IMG/VR virus record: IMGVR_UViG_3300033142_001620
Reading direction: 5' to 3' (one strand)
Source of the DNA: an uncultured virus (IMG/VR IMGVR_UViG_3300033142_001620)
Taxonomy: Duplodnaviria > Heunggongvirae > Uroviricota > Caudoviricetes
Length of the DNA: 26,094 nt
A program made the translations under genes and the position numbers. The notes under the pieces are model-generated. The model did no database searches. It had not been told where the DNA came from and saw nothing but the letters and a program-made list of their open reading frames with translations. Numbering within the stretch: the first letter of the stretch is position 1; each line of letters starts with the position of its first letter. Positions 17,626 through 25,778 of this stretch are shown here, piece by piece.

Positions 17626-18294
17626 CTATTTAATTAGTACATACTGACCATAACTAACCCCGGACAAATCGGAAAGTGCCGCAGAGTCAACATTAGTCAA
17701 CATGCCGTTGTAGAGAGTACAATTGCTGATAATCATTGTAGCAAGAGCACCCTTTGCGTTTACACCAGTACCAGTATCTACAGACTTCTCAAGGATTCCT
17801 ACACAGGTAGTGTATCCTTCGACAGCGAGATAAGCAAAACGGGCAGTCGTGAAACTGGTGCCGCCTGTCGCAGTAGTTACCGTGATTGCCGCTCTGTTTG
17901 TATAAGTAGTGCGGTCAATGGCTGTGATAGCACCCAAATTCTCAGCAGCGGTTGTATCGTCTTCAATGAAAACGTCATCTCCCACCTCAAATTTGTAACT
18001 ATCTTCAAGGGTCGTATACAAGATGGAAGCAGTGGTCCCTGAATCCGTTACCAAATGGGCAGCACCCGGACGGAAGAGTATTCCATCTGGTACAGCACTT
18101 GGGTCATAAGGAAAGTTTTTTCCTATCTGACCAGCAGCAGAGCCGTTTAAGGCAATAGCAGTTCCTTGTTCTAACACACCATAACCTGCCATGATTGTTA
18201 TAGGAACTTTTAAAGCTGCCATTGGGTCGGAGTAATACAGAGTCTTGTAATCATCTTGATGACCATAAATAATCTGTGGTATATCTCTTGGCAT
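17626..18294 (-). CDS. Head decoration protein (lambda gpD-like) with an inserted domain
   Basis: AGGAGGTG RBS. ITIMAGYGVLEQGTAIA...CVGILEKSVDT resembles the gpD pattern. It lies between scaffold and capsid. Confidence 0.75.
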   Translation of the reverse strand: MPRDIPQIIYGHQDDYKTLYYSDPMAALKVPITIMAGYGVLEQGTAIALNGSAAGQIGKNFPYDPSAVPDGILFRPGAAHLVTDSGTTASILYTTLEDSYKFEVGDDVFIEDDTTAAENLGAITAIDRTTYTNRAAITVTTATGGTSFTTARFAYLAVEGYTTCVGILEKSVDTGTGVNAKGALATMIISNCTLYNGMLTNVDSAALSDLSGVSYGQYVLIK

Positions 18295-18335
18295 AAAATC
18301 ACCTCCTATTATAAATTATTTTGTTAGTGACCGTT

Positions 18336-18896
18336 TTATTCGGTCTCTTTTTTTAAAGGTTCCTGTCCAACGAGCTTACGCAGTTTGTTGACATCTCCAT
18401 CAACGCTTTCCTGTTTCTCTTCAGACAGTTCGTCGTTTTCATCAACGGATTTTTCAGTGAACCCAGCACCGATAACTTTGGAGGTGGCTCCCTTATCAAT
18501 CCAATCCTGAATTTCGGCTTCAATAGCCGTCCCAAACGCCTCGACATCAAGAACTCCCTTTTCAGTAAATTTAGCGTGAGTTACATGCGGTCGAATTTTG
18601 ACATACATGGACTCAGCCAGTTCACTGGCAGCAAGTTTCTCTGTCCAGACAGCATCAGCAGAAACTTTCAACTCTCTATCATCCCGAAGAGCATCTTTTT
18701 TCTCAAGACCAAGAACACGGCCAGTCATTTTCTCGTTTGTGTCCTTCTCTTTTACCAACTGTTTCTTCAAGTCAGCATTCTCCTGAGTCAATTCAGATAC
18801 CTGTTTCGCAGATTCGATGTCAACTTGTTTCTTGACTTTGAGTTCAAGTTCGTCTGCCATTTCTGGATACTTCTCAATCATTTCTTTAAGTGTCAT
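18336..18896 (-). CDS. Nested in-frame scaffold protein (lambda Nu3-like internal start), 186 aa
   Basis: AAGGAGGTG lies just before the in-frame ATG at 18896 (MTLKEMIEKYPE), at the protease/coiled-coil boundary. Confidence 0.75.
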   Translation of the reverse strand: MTLKEMIEKYPEMADELELKVKKQVDIESAKQVSELTQENADLKKQLVKEKDTNEKMTGRVLGLEKKDALRDDRELKVSADAVWTEKLAASELAESMYVKIRPHVTHAKFTEKGVLDVEAFGTAIEAEIQDWIDKGATSKVIGAGFTEKSVDENDELSEEKQESVDGDVNKLRKLVGQEPLKKETE

Positions 18897-19532
18897 TTGA
18901 TTCACCTCCTTTGTTTTCTTTCTGAGTTTAAGTTTTGGTTTTTCTGCCGCTTCCAAAACGGTTTCATTCATATCAATATCAACCTCTTCCCTTGAAAAGG
19001 CTGTTGCAGCCGTTTTACTGTCCCATCCGAATACACATACAGATGCTTCTTTGAACTCACACTCTCGCCATACAGAAGCGGGACCTCTGAGAGTGAATCC
19101 GTTAACTTCAACGGATGCTCCCTCCTCAAGCCGCTCAACCACTGTTGGATGTGCATAAATAGAACACTGATAAGGAAACCCATCAGCAGACAGCTTTTGA
19201 AACTCGTTACTTGCTTCTGTATCAACAAACTGTGTTTTGTCTGGGTTAATTTCGAGTTTTCCATCTATAATGGGGTCTTTGGAAAAAGCAATTTTCTGGC
19301 TTGTATCATGGTCTGCAAGTATCGGAAACTTGCCTTTTGAAAACTTGATGCCTTTCAAATCAATTGCCAGATTATCCCAGTACCAGTGATCTTTAATAAC
19401 CCCCCCACTATAAGCTACCATCTTTAATTTTGGCTTTTTTTCCTTTCCTTCACCAAAGTATTCAGTTAAAGCATGACAGCCTTCCCCTGTCTCTACTATC
19501 CTCAATGCTCCTCTTGGGACTTTCGTTTCCAT
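18336..19532 (-). CDS. Prohead protease-scaffold fusion
   Basis: Start METKVP at 19532 after AAGGAG. VAYSGG, PILADHD, GFPYQCSI and FKEASVCVFGWD indicate an HK97/Mu-type prohead protease (His...Ser). The C-terminal half is an acidic coiled coil. Confidence 0.85.
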   Translation of the reverse strand: METKVPRGALRIVETGEGCHALTEYFGEGKEKKPKLKMVAYSGGVIKDHWYWDNLAIDLKGIKFSKGKFPILADHDTSQKIAFSKDPIIDGKLEINPDKTQFVDTEASNEFQKLSADGFPYQCSIYAHPTVVERLEEGASVEVNGFTLRGPASVWRECEFKEASVCVFGWDSKTAATAFSREEVDIDMNETVLEAAEKPKLKLRKKTKEVNQMTLKEMIEKYPEMADELELKVKKQVDIESAKQVSELTQENADLKKQLVKEKDTNEKMTGRVLGLEKKDALRDDRELKVSADAVWTEKLAASELAESMYVKIRPHVTHAKFTEKGVLDVEAFGTAIEAEIQDWIDKGATSKVIGAGFTEKSVDENDELSEEKQESVDGDVNKLRKLVGQEPLKKETE

Positions 19533-19554
19533 TTCTCCTTGCTCCTTGTTAAAG

Positions 19555-21159
19555 TTACTTAGTTGCTGCGGGCTTTGGTTTAGGCTTTGCTTTGGGTTTT
19601 TCTCCCTCAGTGCCTTCTTGAACCGTTTCCGCATCCACACCCATCTCATAAACGAGTTCGGGATATTTATCATCTTCAGTTGCCTTGATAAGTCTCTGTC
19701 TCGCATACCCACCAATTCCAAGTCGTTTAGCAACCTCAGTATTAGATATTCCTACTTGTTCAGCTACGGGACCGTGTTTGACCCCAAGTAGTCCTCTTGC
19801 TCTTCCTTCAAAGTCAATAGTTTCAGACACAGGAAAGGAAAAATCAAGCAACTCCTCTGGTCTATATTTTACATTGCTAAATATAGGTTCTTTGTTTTTA
19901 CTGAATCCAACCGCTTCCTTTTTCTTAAATATAGCAGGAAAGTTACTAACCGTAGATTTCAGAAAGAACACAGAACCCCAAAAGTCGTGTTGCAGCCATC
20001 TTTGAAAATAAGCAATCTCATCGGCTGTCCTATCTGACATGGGACCCCTTGAAGCCTTCACAGAAGCATACGTTCCTTTATTACTTCCTGTAAGAACATC
20101 ATCAGGCTCATTGAGTCCACTTGCAACCATTTGTAAGATGTCTGTGTCTTGTTCCTTTATAGATGTTAAATTCGGATTTTTTACTTCGAGAGAAATGCCG
20201 GGAGGAAGAATTAAAGAGCCTCCGGGTGTTTTCTTTGACATGATTCCTGTCTTTCTCTTGTCTTCCTTTGACATAGCTAACCACAATCTATATGCTTTTG
20301 CATCCTCTATAGTGAAAACCCACAAATATGACCCTGACGACTTCTTATGGTCAATTTCATACTTCTTAAGGTTCTCATAATGATTTATCCACTCAATTGT
20401 TGTGCGTAGGTAAGATACTGCTCTCCTTGTTACGAAGCCTTTATCAAAAGCGACAACAAACTGGTTATATCCTTTAAAATTCTTCTTGAACACCTGTTTT
20501 CTGCTCTTACTTTGTCCGACTGAATATCCTTTAAAATGCTTTGATTCTGCTGCAACTTGGAGTAATTCGGGGTATCTTGCAACAAAAATACTCGGAATTT
20601 TTATTTTTTCGCCATTTTTTTCTTTCAAAAGGTAAAAAAGCGGCATTATCGTCTTATTTGGGTGAAAAATGATTCCTGTATCGTCATCTCCCGCATTATC
20701 TAACATTGCCGGGTCTAAAAAGTCAACTTCTACAAATCCCGTAACGTGGCAGGTCAAAATAAGGAATAACTCGCCCTCAATGTTCATTCTGCCCACATAT
20801 TTAGGCCAAAAGTTATACAAACGGTTTCTTGGGTCGAGTTCTATTTCTTTAACTGCTTGGTGAATGTCGAAAAACTCAGAAGTGGTCTCAAATCCAAGTC
20901 CTGTGAGTCTTCCCACAAGACCTCGTACAGATGTGTTTACATGTGGATTTTTGTGGAACTTACGAAAGCACTCAGCTTGTAATACCTGTTGAGTTAGGGC
21001 TGTCTCTTCCTTTCCTACTCCAATAGAAGGTGTGAACCCATCTTCGTCCCTTACTTGCCCTTGTTCAGTTCCATATTGCCAAGGCATTGAAAACTGTATG
21101 TGTTGCAATGCCTCATCTGGTATTTTTTCTAATTCTTCGAGCACCTTTTCAAAATCCAT
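19555..21159 (-). CDS. Portal protein
   Basis: 534 aa after the terminase, with an AAGGAG RBS. IEGELFL, PGGSLILPPG and ASGLNEPDDVLTGSNKGTYAS are portal-type motifs. Confidence 0.9.
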   Translation of the reverse strand: MDFEKVLEELEKIPDEALQHIQFSMPWQYGTEQGQVRDEDGFTPSIGVGKEETALTQQVLQAECFRKFHKNPHVNTSVRGLVGRLTGLGFETTSEFFDIHQAVKEIELDPRNRLYNFWPKYVGRMNIEGELFLILTCHVTGFVEVDFLDPAMLDNAGDDDTGIIFHPNKTIMPLFYLLKEKNGEKIKIPSIFVARYPELLQVAAESKHFKGYSVGQSKSRKQVFKKNFKGYNQFVVAFDKGFVTRRAVSYLRTTIEWINHYENLKKYEIDHKKSSGSYLWVFTIEDAKAYRLWLAMSKEDKRKTGIMSKKTPGGSLILPPGISLEVKNPNLTSIKEQDTDILQMVASGLNEPDDVLTGSNKGTYASVKASRGPMSDRTADEIAYFQRWLQHDFWGSVFFLKSTVSNFPAIFKKKEAVGFSKNKEPIFSNVKYRPEELLDFSFPVSETIDFEGRARGLLGVKHGPVAEQVGISNTEVAKRLGIGGYARQRLIKATEDDKYPELVYEMGVDAETVQEGTEGEKPKAKPKPKPAATK

Positions 21160-21184
21160 AAAATTCTCCTTTAATAAAAGACGC

Positions 21185-21211
21185 CTTATATTAATTATTT
21201 TGTTTTGTCAA
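21185..21211 (-). promoter_or_regulatory. Candidate promoter upstream of the portal gene (TTGACA-N15-TATAAG)
   Basis: Perfect -35 hexamer in the intergenic gap. The spacer is short (15 nt). Confidence 0.35.
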
Positions 21212-21245
21212 GTCTTTTTTTAGGCTATTTAAAATTGTTCTTTCT

Positions 21246-23162
21246 TTATGCATAGTTACCCAACAATCCTTTTTCTGGCACATAGGCTCCAAAAAATAAT
21301 TTTCCGCCTCTCGCTCTGAAGTCGTCAACTCCCATCAATCTTCCGCCATAAAGTCCCCAAGCATCAGCAAAAATAAAATCATCCTGTATTCCGTACTTCT
21401 CAAATTTCTCAACACTACCAAACCACTTCTTATCCATGTCGTGAGTGAAGACTTCCATTTCTTCATCCCTGATATCATCTTTCTTGGAACCTTTTATTGC
21501 AAGTTCAGGACACTTCCATCGACCTTCATTTACCGCTATCAAAAGTTCTTTGAGTGCTTCCTTCTGTCGTTCATAGTTAGGATATATTGGCTCGAATCCA
21601 ATTCCCCTATCTTTGCACCAGTTTTCCATATCCCACATCCTATAGCGTTCACCACACAGTGTATCAATCCCATCAAACTCATCGTGCATCGTTTCAAGTA
21701 TCTCTTTTGTCTTATCCATAGAATGGTCTGAAATCATTGCAACGTGTAATTTGAAATAAACATATTTTGGTGCTGTCTCATCTGAAAATGTGAATTGTGT
21801 CGAACGGCTTCTCGGAAGTCCCTTTGCAGTAAAAGTAACAACAGTTCTGGCGAGTCCACGCACAGCAAGAGGGTCACCAAAGTCGAGTCCTGCAAGTATA
21901 GCCCAATCCGTATCCAATAAGTTCCCTAAGCCTTCCAAGTCCTTTATAGTGGCTCTTGTGTTTTCGTTAAATACATTTTTCAGTGAATAGATGGTATCCA
22001 ATGGCACCATCTTATCCATTAAAGCATCTATCTTAGTTTGTGTTTCAATAACGCCATCCGCAAAGCTTTTTCCTTTGTCCTTTAAATCTCCGGCAACATC
22101 AATAAGATGGTTCTTTTTCTTGAGCAGTTCCAACATTTTTTCGGTATTCATTAACTCCCCATCAACCGAAATAAGTTTAGTTGCCTCAATCGCCTCATCT
22201 GAGAATATCCTTTGAGTTCCCGCAGACCACAAATTAAGAAAGTATCGCTCATAATCACCAAAAGGAAATTTAGCTTTATAGTCCGATAACTGCGTTGCCG
22301 TCATATTCGGATTCCAATAGTCCTTCAAATCTCCTGTTTTGGAACATCTGTATGAAAAATAGACTTTCTTAGTCTTTCCTTTCAAGGCATTTTCATAAAG
22401 ACTATAAAGGATATGCGTTTTTTCTGATACTGTGGAGTCGATCACTCCGAGAGAGTTGGGAATGTTACGAATGGAACCATCAAGCTGAGTGAAGAACTTG
22501 GGATTCTTCATGTCAAAGATTTCCGAGAATGTGTATCCGGTAATGTTAGATACAATACCAGTAAAAGATGAAATAGAACGAATTAGGGAACGAACGTTGC
22601 CTTCATCATCTTTAATACGAATTTCCTTTTCCTGTAAGTTTCTCTTGCCTCCAACCACTTTAAGTAGATTTGGGGAAAACAAAATTAAGTCCCTTATAAT
22701 ATCAAAGTGAACAAACTTGATTTGGTCCCTTGAATTAGCTCCGAGCATGATTTGTTGTTTAGGCCAATTAAAAAATTTCCATAGCTGTATGAGACACGCA
22801 AGCAAACTCTTCCCTTCTCCACGCATCCAACACAAAACAATGTTAGAATAAAGGAACCGATTGTTTTTCATTTCGAGAGCTTCTTTTAAAATGACATGCT
22901 GTGACTCCCATATATATTTGTAGGATTTGCCAGATTCAGGGTTGATTGTGTCCGGCAGTTCTGACATTGGATAGTATGTAGCAATGTCCGAACCTTCTGG
23001 ATAGATAGGAACCCAAACATTCTCATTACACCACGCAATCATCCCTTCTCCACCATTACGATATCGTTCCAAATTACTACTAACATCTCCTGAAGATGTC
23101 TTTACTATGGGTTTCTTTTTCCTGAGAGCTTTCTTTCTGAGCTTTAATATTGGCTTCGCCAT
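21246..23162 (-). CDS. terL: Terminase large subunit
   Basis: Walker A MRGEGKS, Walker B-position YTFSE, coupling-motif-like IDST, RNase H-like nuclease ILAGLDFG...QDDFIFADA. The start was set at MAKPILK (23162), just after the upstream stop. Confidence 0.92.
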   Translation of the reverse strand: MAKPILKLRKKALRKKKPIVKTSSGDVSSNLERYRNGGEGMIAWCNENVWVPIYPEGSDIATYYPMSELPDTINPESGKSYKYIWESQHVILKEALEMKNNRFLYSNIVLCWMRGEGKSLLACLIQLWKFFNWPKQQIMLGANSRDQIKFVHFDIIRDLILFSPNLLKVVGGKRNLQEKEIRIKDDEGNVRSLIRSISSFTGIVSNITGYTFSEIFDMKNPKFFTQLDGSIRNIPNSLGVIDSTVSEKTHILYSLYENALKGKTKKVYFSYRCSKTGDLKDYWNPNMTATQLSDYKAKFPFGDYERYFLNLWSAGTQRIFSDEAIEATKLISVDGELMNTEKMLELLKKKNHLIDVAGDLKDKGKSFADGVIETQTKIDALMDKMVPLDTIYSLKNVFNENTRATIKDLEGLGNLLDTDWAILAGLDFGDPLAVRGLARTVVTFTAKGLPRSRSTQFTFSDETAPKYVYFKLHVAMISDHSMDKTKEILETMHDEFDGIDTLCGERYRMWDMENWCKDRGIGFEPIYPNYERQKEALKELLIAVNEGRWKCPELAIKGSKKDDIRDEEMEVFTHDMDKKWFGSVEKFEKYGIQDDFIFADAWGLYGGRLMGVDDFRARGGKLFFGAYVPEKGLLGNYA

Positions 23163-23163
23163 G

Positions 23164-23478
23164 TTACCCCTTCTTCTGTTGTGCAAAGATTATTTCCAGT
23201 TTCTTGATTATGGTATCATATTCCGATTTCCACTCTTTCCATTTCTGAATGGCATTTCGAGGCCAAGTTCTTTTGTCCTCACCATATCTATCCTCATATG
23301 CCCACATCCTGTTCTGCAAGTCCTTTGCCCTTATCTCAAGGAACTTATAACTTGTTTCCATGGTAAGCTCTTGCAACTCTGAAGACTTGGCAAAGTATCC
23401 TACCGCCCCAAATCCTGCACCAAATATAACGATCAAAGAAACAACTATGCCAATTATTGTCTGATATTTTTTAAGCAT
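23164..23478 (-). CDS. Single-pass membrane protein (possibly lysis-related)
   Basis: N-terminal hydrophobic helix IIGIVVSLIVIFGAGFGAVGYFA followed by a charged helical domain. GGAG-like RBS. Confidence 0.6.
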   Translation of the reverse strand: MLKKYQTIIGIVVSLIVIFGAGFGAVGYFAKSSELQELTMETSYKFLEIRAKDLQNRMWAYEDRYGEDKRTWPRNAIQKWKEWKSEYDTIIKKLEIIFAQQKKG

Positions 23479-23677
23479 TTCTCTTTCCCTCCTCTTCTAA
23501 TAGCCATGCAGCTATTAAACAAGATTGATACCAATAACGATAAGTGTTCGTTATATTCTTTATTTGTTCCTGACTCATATCAGGAATTTTAAAGTTCCCA
23601 GATTCTATCTCGGTACACATCTTATCGTTTTCTCCTGCCATTTCCCTTAATCGAAGAATTGCCTGTTCGTGTTTCAC
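23471..23677 (-). CDS. Hypothetical protein, 68 aa
   Basis: GTG start coupled to the upstream TAG and preceded by GGAGGTGG. Confidence 0.7.
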   Translation of the reverse strand: MKHEQAILRLREMAGENDKMCTEIESGNFKIPDMSQEQIKNITNTYRYWYQSCLIAAWLLEEEGKRNA

Positions 23678-24246
23678 TATCCCACCTCCTTCTGAACAAC
23701 CTTAAACTTTGGTTGTTCTTGTACCTCTATCCTCTTATATGCCGCCGCCTCTAATTGACTGTGATACGAATCAGTCGATTTTGCATTCACCTTCATATCT
23801 GCCAACCCTAACGTTTTCCACTGTAGATCAATTGTACGGATGGTTTCTCTTATTTCCTTATAGATGGGGTCAATCTTTGGATTACCTTTGTTATCCTCAA
23901 AATTAGGAGTACTCAATGACGCTTCATACACACATTGTTTAGCGTATTGAACATATAAGGGCATCAGATGTAGACCGATACGATTGCGGAGTGCATTGTT
24001 AAGTTGTTTTCCGTAATTGTTTAAGATATTCAACGCTGCACTTTTTACTATCCCAGCAACCACGTGGCATTTGTTTCCTCTCTTAACAAAATCACACCGT
24101 TGCCGGATAGGACATCGTTGATCGGTGCAGTATGGAATTGGTTCCCACGAGAATAGACTTTTTTGCCCTTCATCCTTCCCTCTTCTTGTGGAAAGAGTCC
24201 CAAACTTTTGCTCGTATTGCTGTGTCAGTTTTACCTCGTTTGACAT
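23677..24246 (-). CDS. terS: Putative terminase small subunit with an N-terminal Cys cluster
   Basis: First gene of the packaging operon, with an AAGGAG RBS. GNPKIDPIYKEIRE...WKTLGL resembles the P27-family TerS motif (NP...LGL). Confidence 0.6.
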   Translation of the reverse strand: MSNEVKLTQQYEQKFGTLSTRRGKDEGQKSLFSWEPIPYCTDQRCPIRQRCDFVKRGNKCHVVAGIVKSAALNILNNYGKQLNNALRNRIGLHLMPLYVQYAKQCVYEASLSTPNFEDNKGNPKIDPIYKEIRETIRTIDLQWKTLGLADMKVNAKSTDSYHSQLEAAAYKRIEVQEQPKFKVVQKEVG

Positions 24247-24283
24247 GATTCACTCCTTGATTGTTGATTGATGTTTTTGGCTC

Positions 24284-24312
24284 CTAATACATCACTTATT
24301 ATTAAAGGTCAA
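24284..24312 (-). promoter_or_regulatory. Candidate promoter for the packaging/structural operon (TTGACC-N17-TATTAG)
   Basis: Near-consensus hexamers with a 17-nt spacer, about 40 nt upstream of the terS start. Confidence 0.5.
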
Positions 24313-25243
24313 GTATTTTTTGATTGGTGTCAGTTTGTGACTCGTATCCAATAGTTTTTGAGTTGGTATTGAAAAAAGTTTCAAACGGAAAAAAATTTTG
24401 TGGTCGAGTCTCAGTACGAACGCTGCGAGTAGTACATTGTATGACTTTTCGAGGGGGCTCAATGTCTGATAACATATATTATGTTAACTATGACTTGATA
24501 AGTATATTTAATCATACATCTATGTAGTGTATGAGTGTACCGTTGCACTATAATATACATGTAAACTTATTCATTATCATATCACAATATCATATGACTA
24601 TGTGCATTCATGTATACAGCAGGCATCAATACACATTCACACTATACACATACACTCACTTACTATATCACATATCATTAACTGAATGCTGTTCAATGAA
24701 TGCTGTTCACTGTTTGATTGCTTATCATTGTTTTATTCTCATTCAAGTTTTATCTGTGGTTTCAGAAAAAAAATTAATTGAGATAATGTGAATAACAATT
24801 GCTTTATGGAGAACGTTTTATTTTCTGAATACTATTCATTGTTTTAATAGCCATTACTTTATAAGTGAGATTTATTTGTTTAATGTTTTGTTATATTTTA
24901 TTGAATGTTATTTAAACTAATTGTTGTTTTGTTTATGAATTGATTTGTAAGTTATGAATTGTCTTTTAAGGAATAAAAAATCGAATAGTGGATAAGTGGG
25001 AATAAAAGAATGAATCACATTCATTATATTATTCGAGTTTATTTATTTGAGTGGTAGTTAGTATATGAATACTGTTTATTTTCTTATATGGAATTATCTT
25101 ATTAAGGGATATTATTATAATGAATAGCATTCAGTATATAAGAGCGGTTCAGTTATTAGTTTTCGCTTCACGAAACAATATAGCTTGTTATTTACTGGAT
25201 TGATATGGATTGCACAAAACAAGCTTTTTTATATAGCTGTATA

Positions 25244-25443
25244 GCTGTGAGTGCTTGTGTATAGGACTATTTTTTATTAGCTTGTATTAGTATGTAGAAT
25301 TTTTTTAAGTCGATTCTTTACTATAACGAAACATGACAAGTTTTAATAAAAACGGACTAAAACGTACTTTGTAGACTGTTGATTGATAAAGCTTTACAAG
25401 GATTTTGTTTTTATTCCGCTGTGAGTGCTTTATTCATAGGACT
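25244..25443. repeat. Imperfect direct repeat GCTGTGAGTGCTT-N4/5-ATAGGACT (two copies)
   Basis: Copies at 25244-25268 and 25418-25443. Confidence 0.75.
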
Positions 25444-25604
25444 TCACAGAAAACGGATTAAACAAGTTTTATTAATACTTATTAACTTATTACAAGCTTG
25501 TTAAATCTTGTCTATTTTTAGTAAAGCTTAACTAACTAATAACATTACATTTTTTAATTGCGCTTATTAATATCATTATAAGGATAAAATAAAGTTAATA
25601 AAAC

Positions 25605-25633
25605 TTGACAATAGTTAATAAAAAGCTTATTAT
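25605..25633 (+). promoter_or_regulatory. Sigma70-type promoter (TTGACA-N17-TATTAT)
   Basis: Perfect -35, 5/6 match at -10, optimal spacer and AT-rich upstream sequence. Confidence 0.75.
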
Positions 25634-25659
25634 TTACACGAATTAAAAACACTTCACAC

Positions 25660-25778
25660 AAAACAAAGGAATTAAAAAAATGAATAACGCAGCTAATAAA
25701 ATAAGATTAATTCTGATAGTTTCTTATTTAACATTTTTTGCAGGAATTATTTATCAAGTTATTTAATTCCTTTGTTTT
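25660..25778 (+). repeat. Perfect 17-bp inverted repeat bracketing the small ORF
   Basis: AAAACAAAGGAATTAAA (25660-25676) is the reverse complement of TTTAATTCCTTTGTTTT (25762-25778). Confidence 0.9.
25680..25766 (+). CDS. 28-aa hydrophobic peptide (type I toxin-like small membrane protein)
   Basis: AAAGGA RBS, then MNNAANKIRLILIVSYLTFFAGIIYQVI. It has a single transmembrane-like segment and lies downstream of the promoter. Confidence 0.55.
   Translation: MNNAANKIRLILIVSYLTFFAGIIYQVI

Noticed and set aside
11614..23186. Longer ORF-track starts at 12276, 14294, 14745, 16362, 17620, 19733 and 23186
   Set aside because: They overlap upstream genes or lack an RBS. Downstream starts with a clear RBS or closer packing against the upstream stop were preferred.
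580..23906. Numerous short plus-strand ORFs in the track
   Set aside because: All lie antisense to well-supported minus-strand genes and have no recognisable motifs.
24324..24791. Plus-strand ORFs of 67 and 86 aa
   Set aside because: Low-complexity composition, no RBS, and located in an otherwise stop-rich non-coding region.
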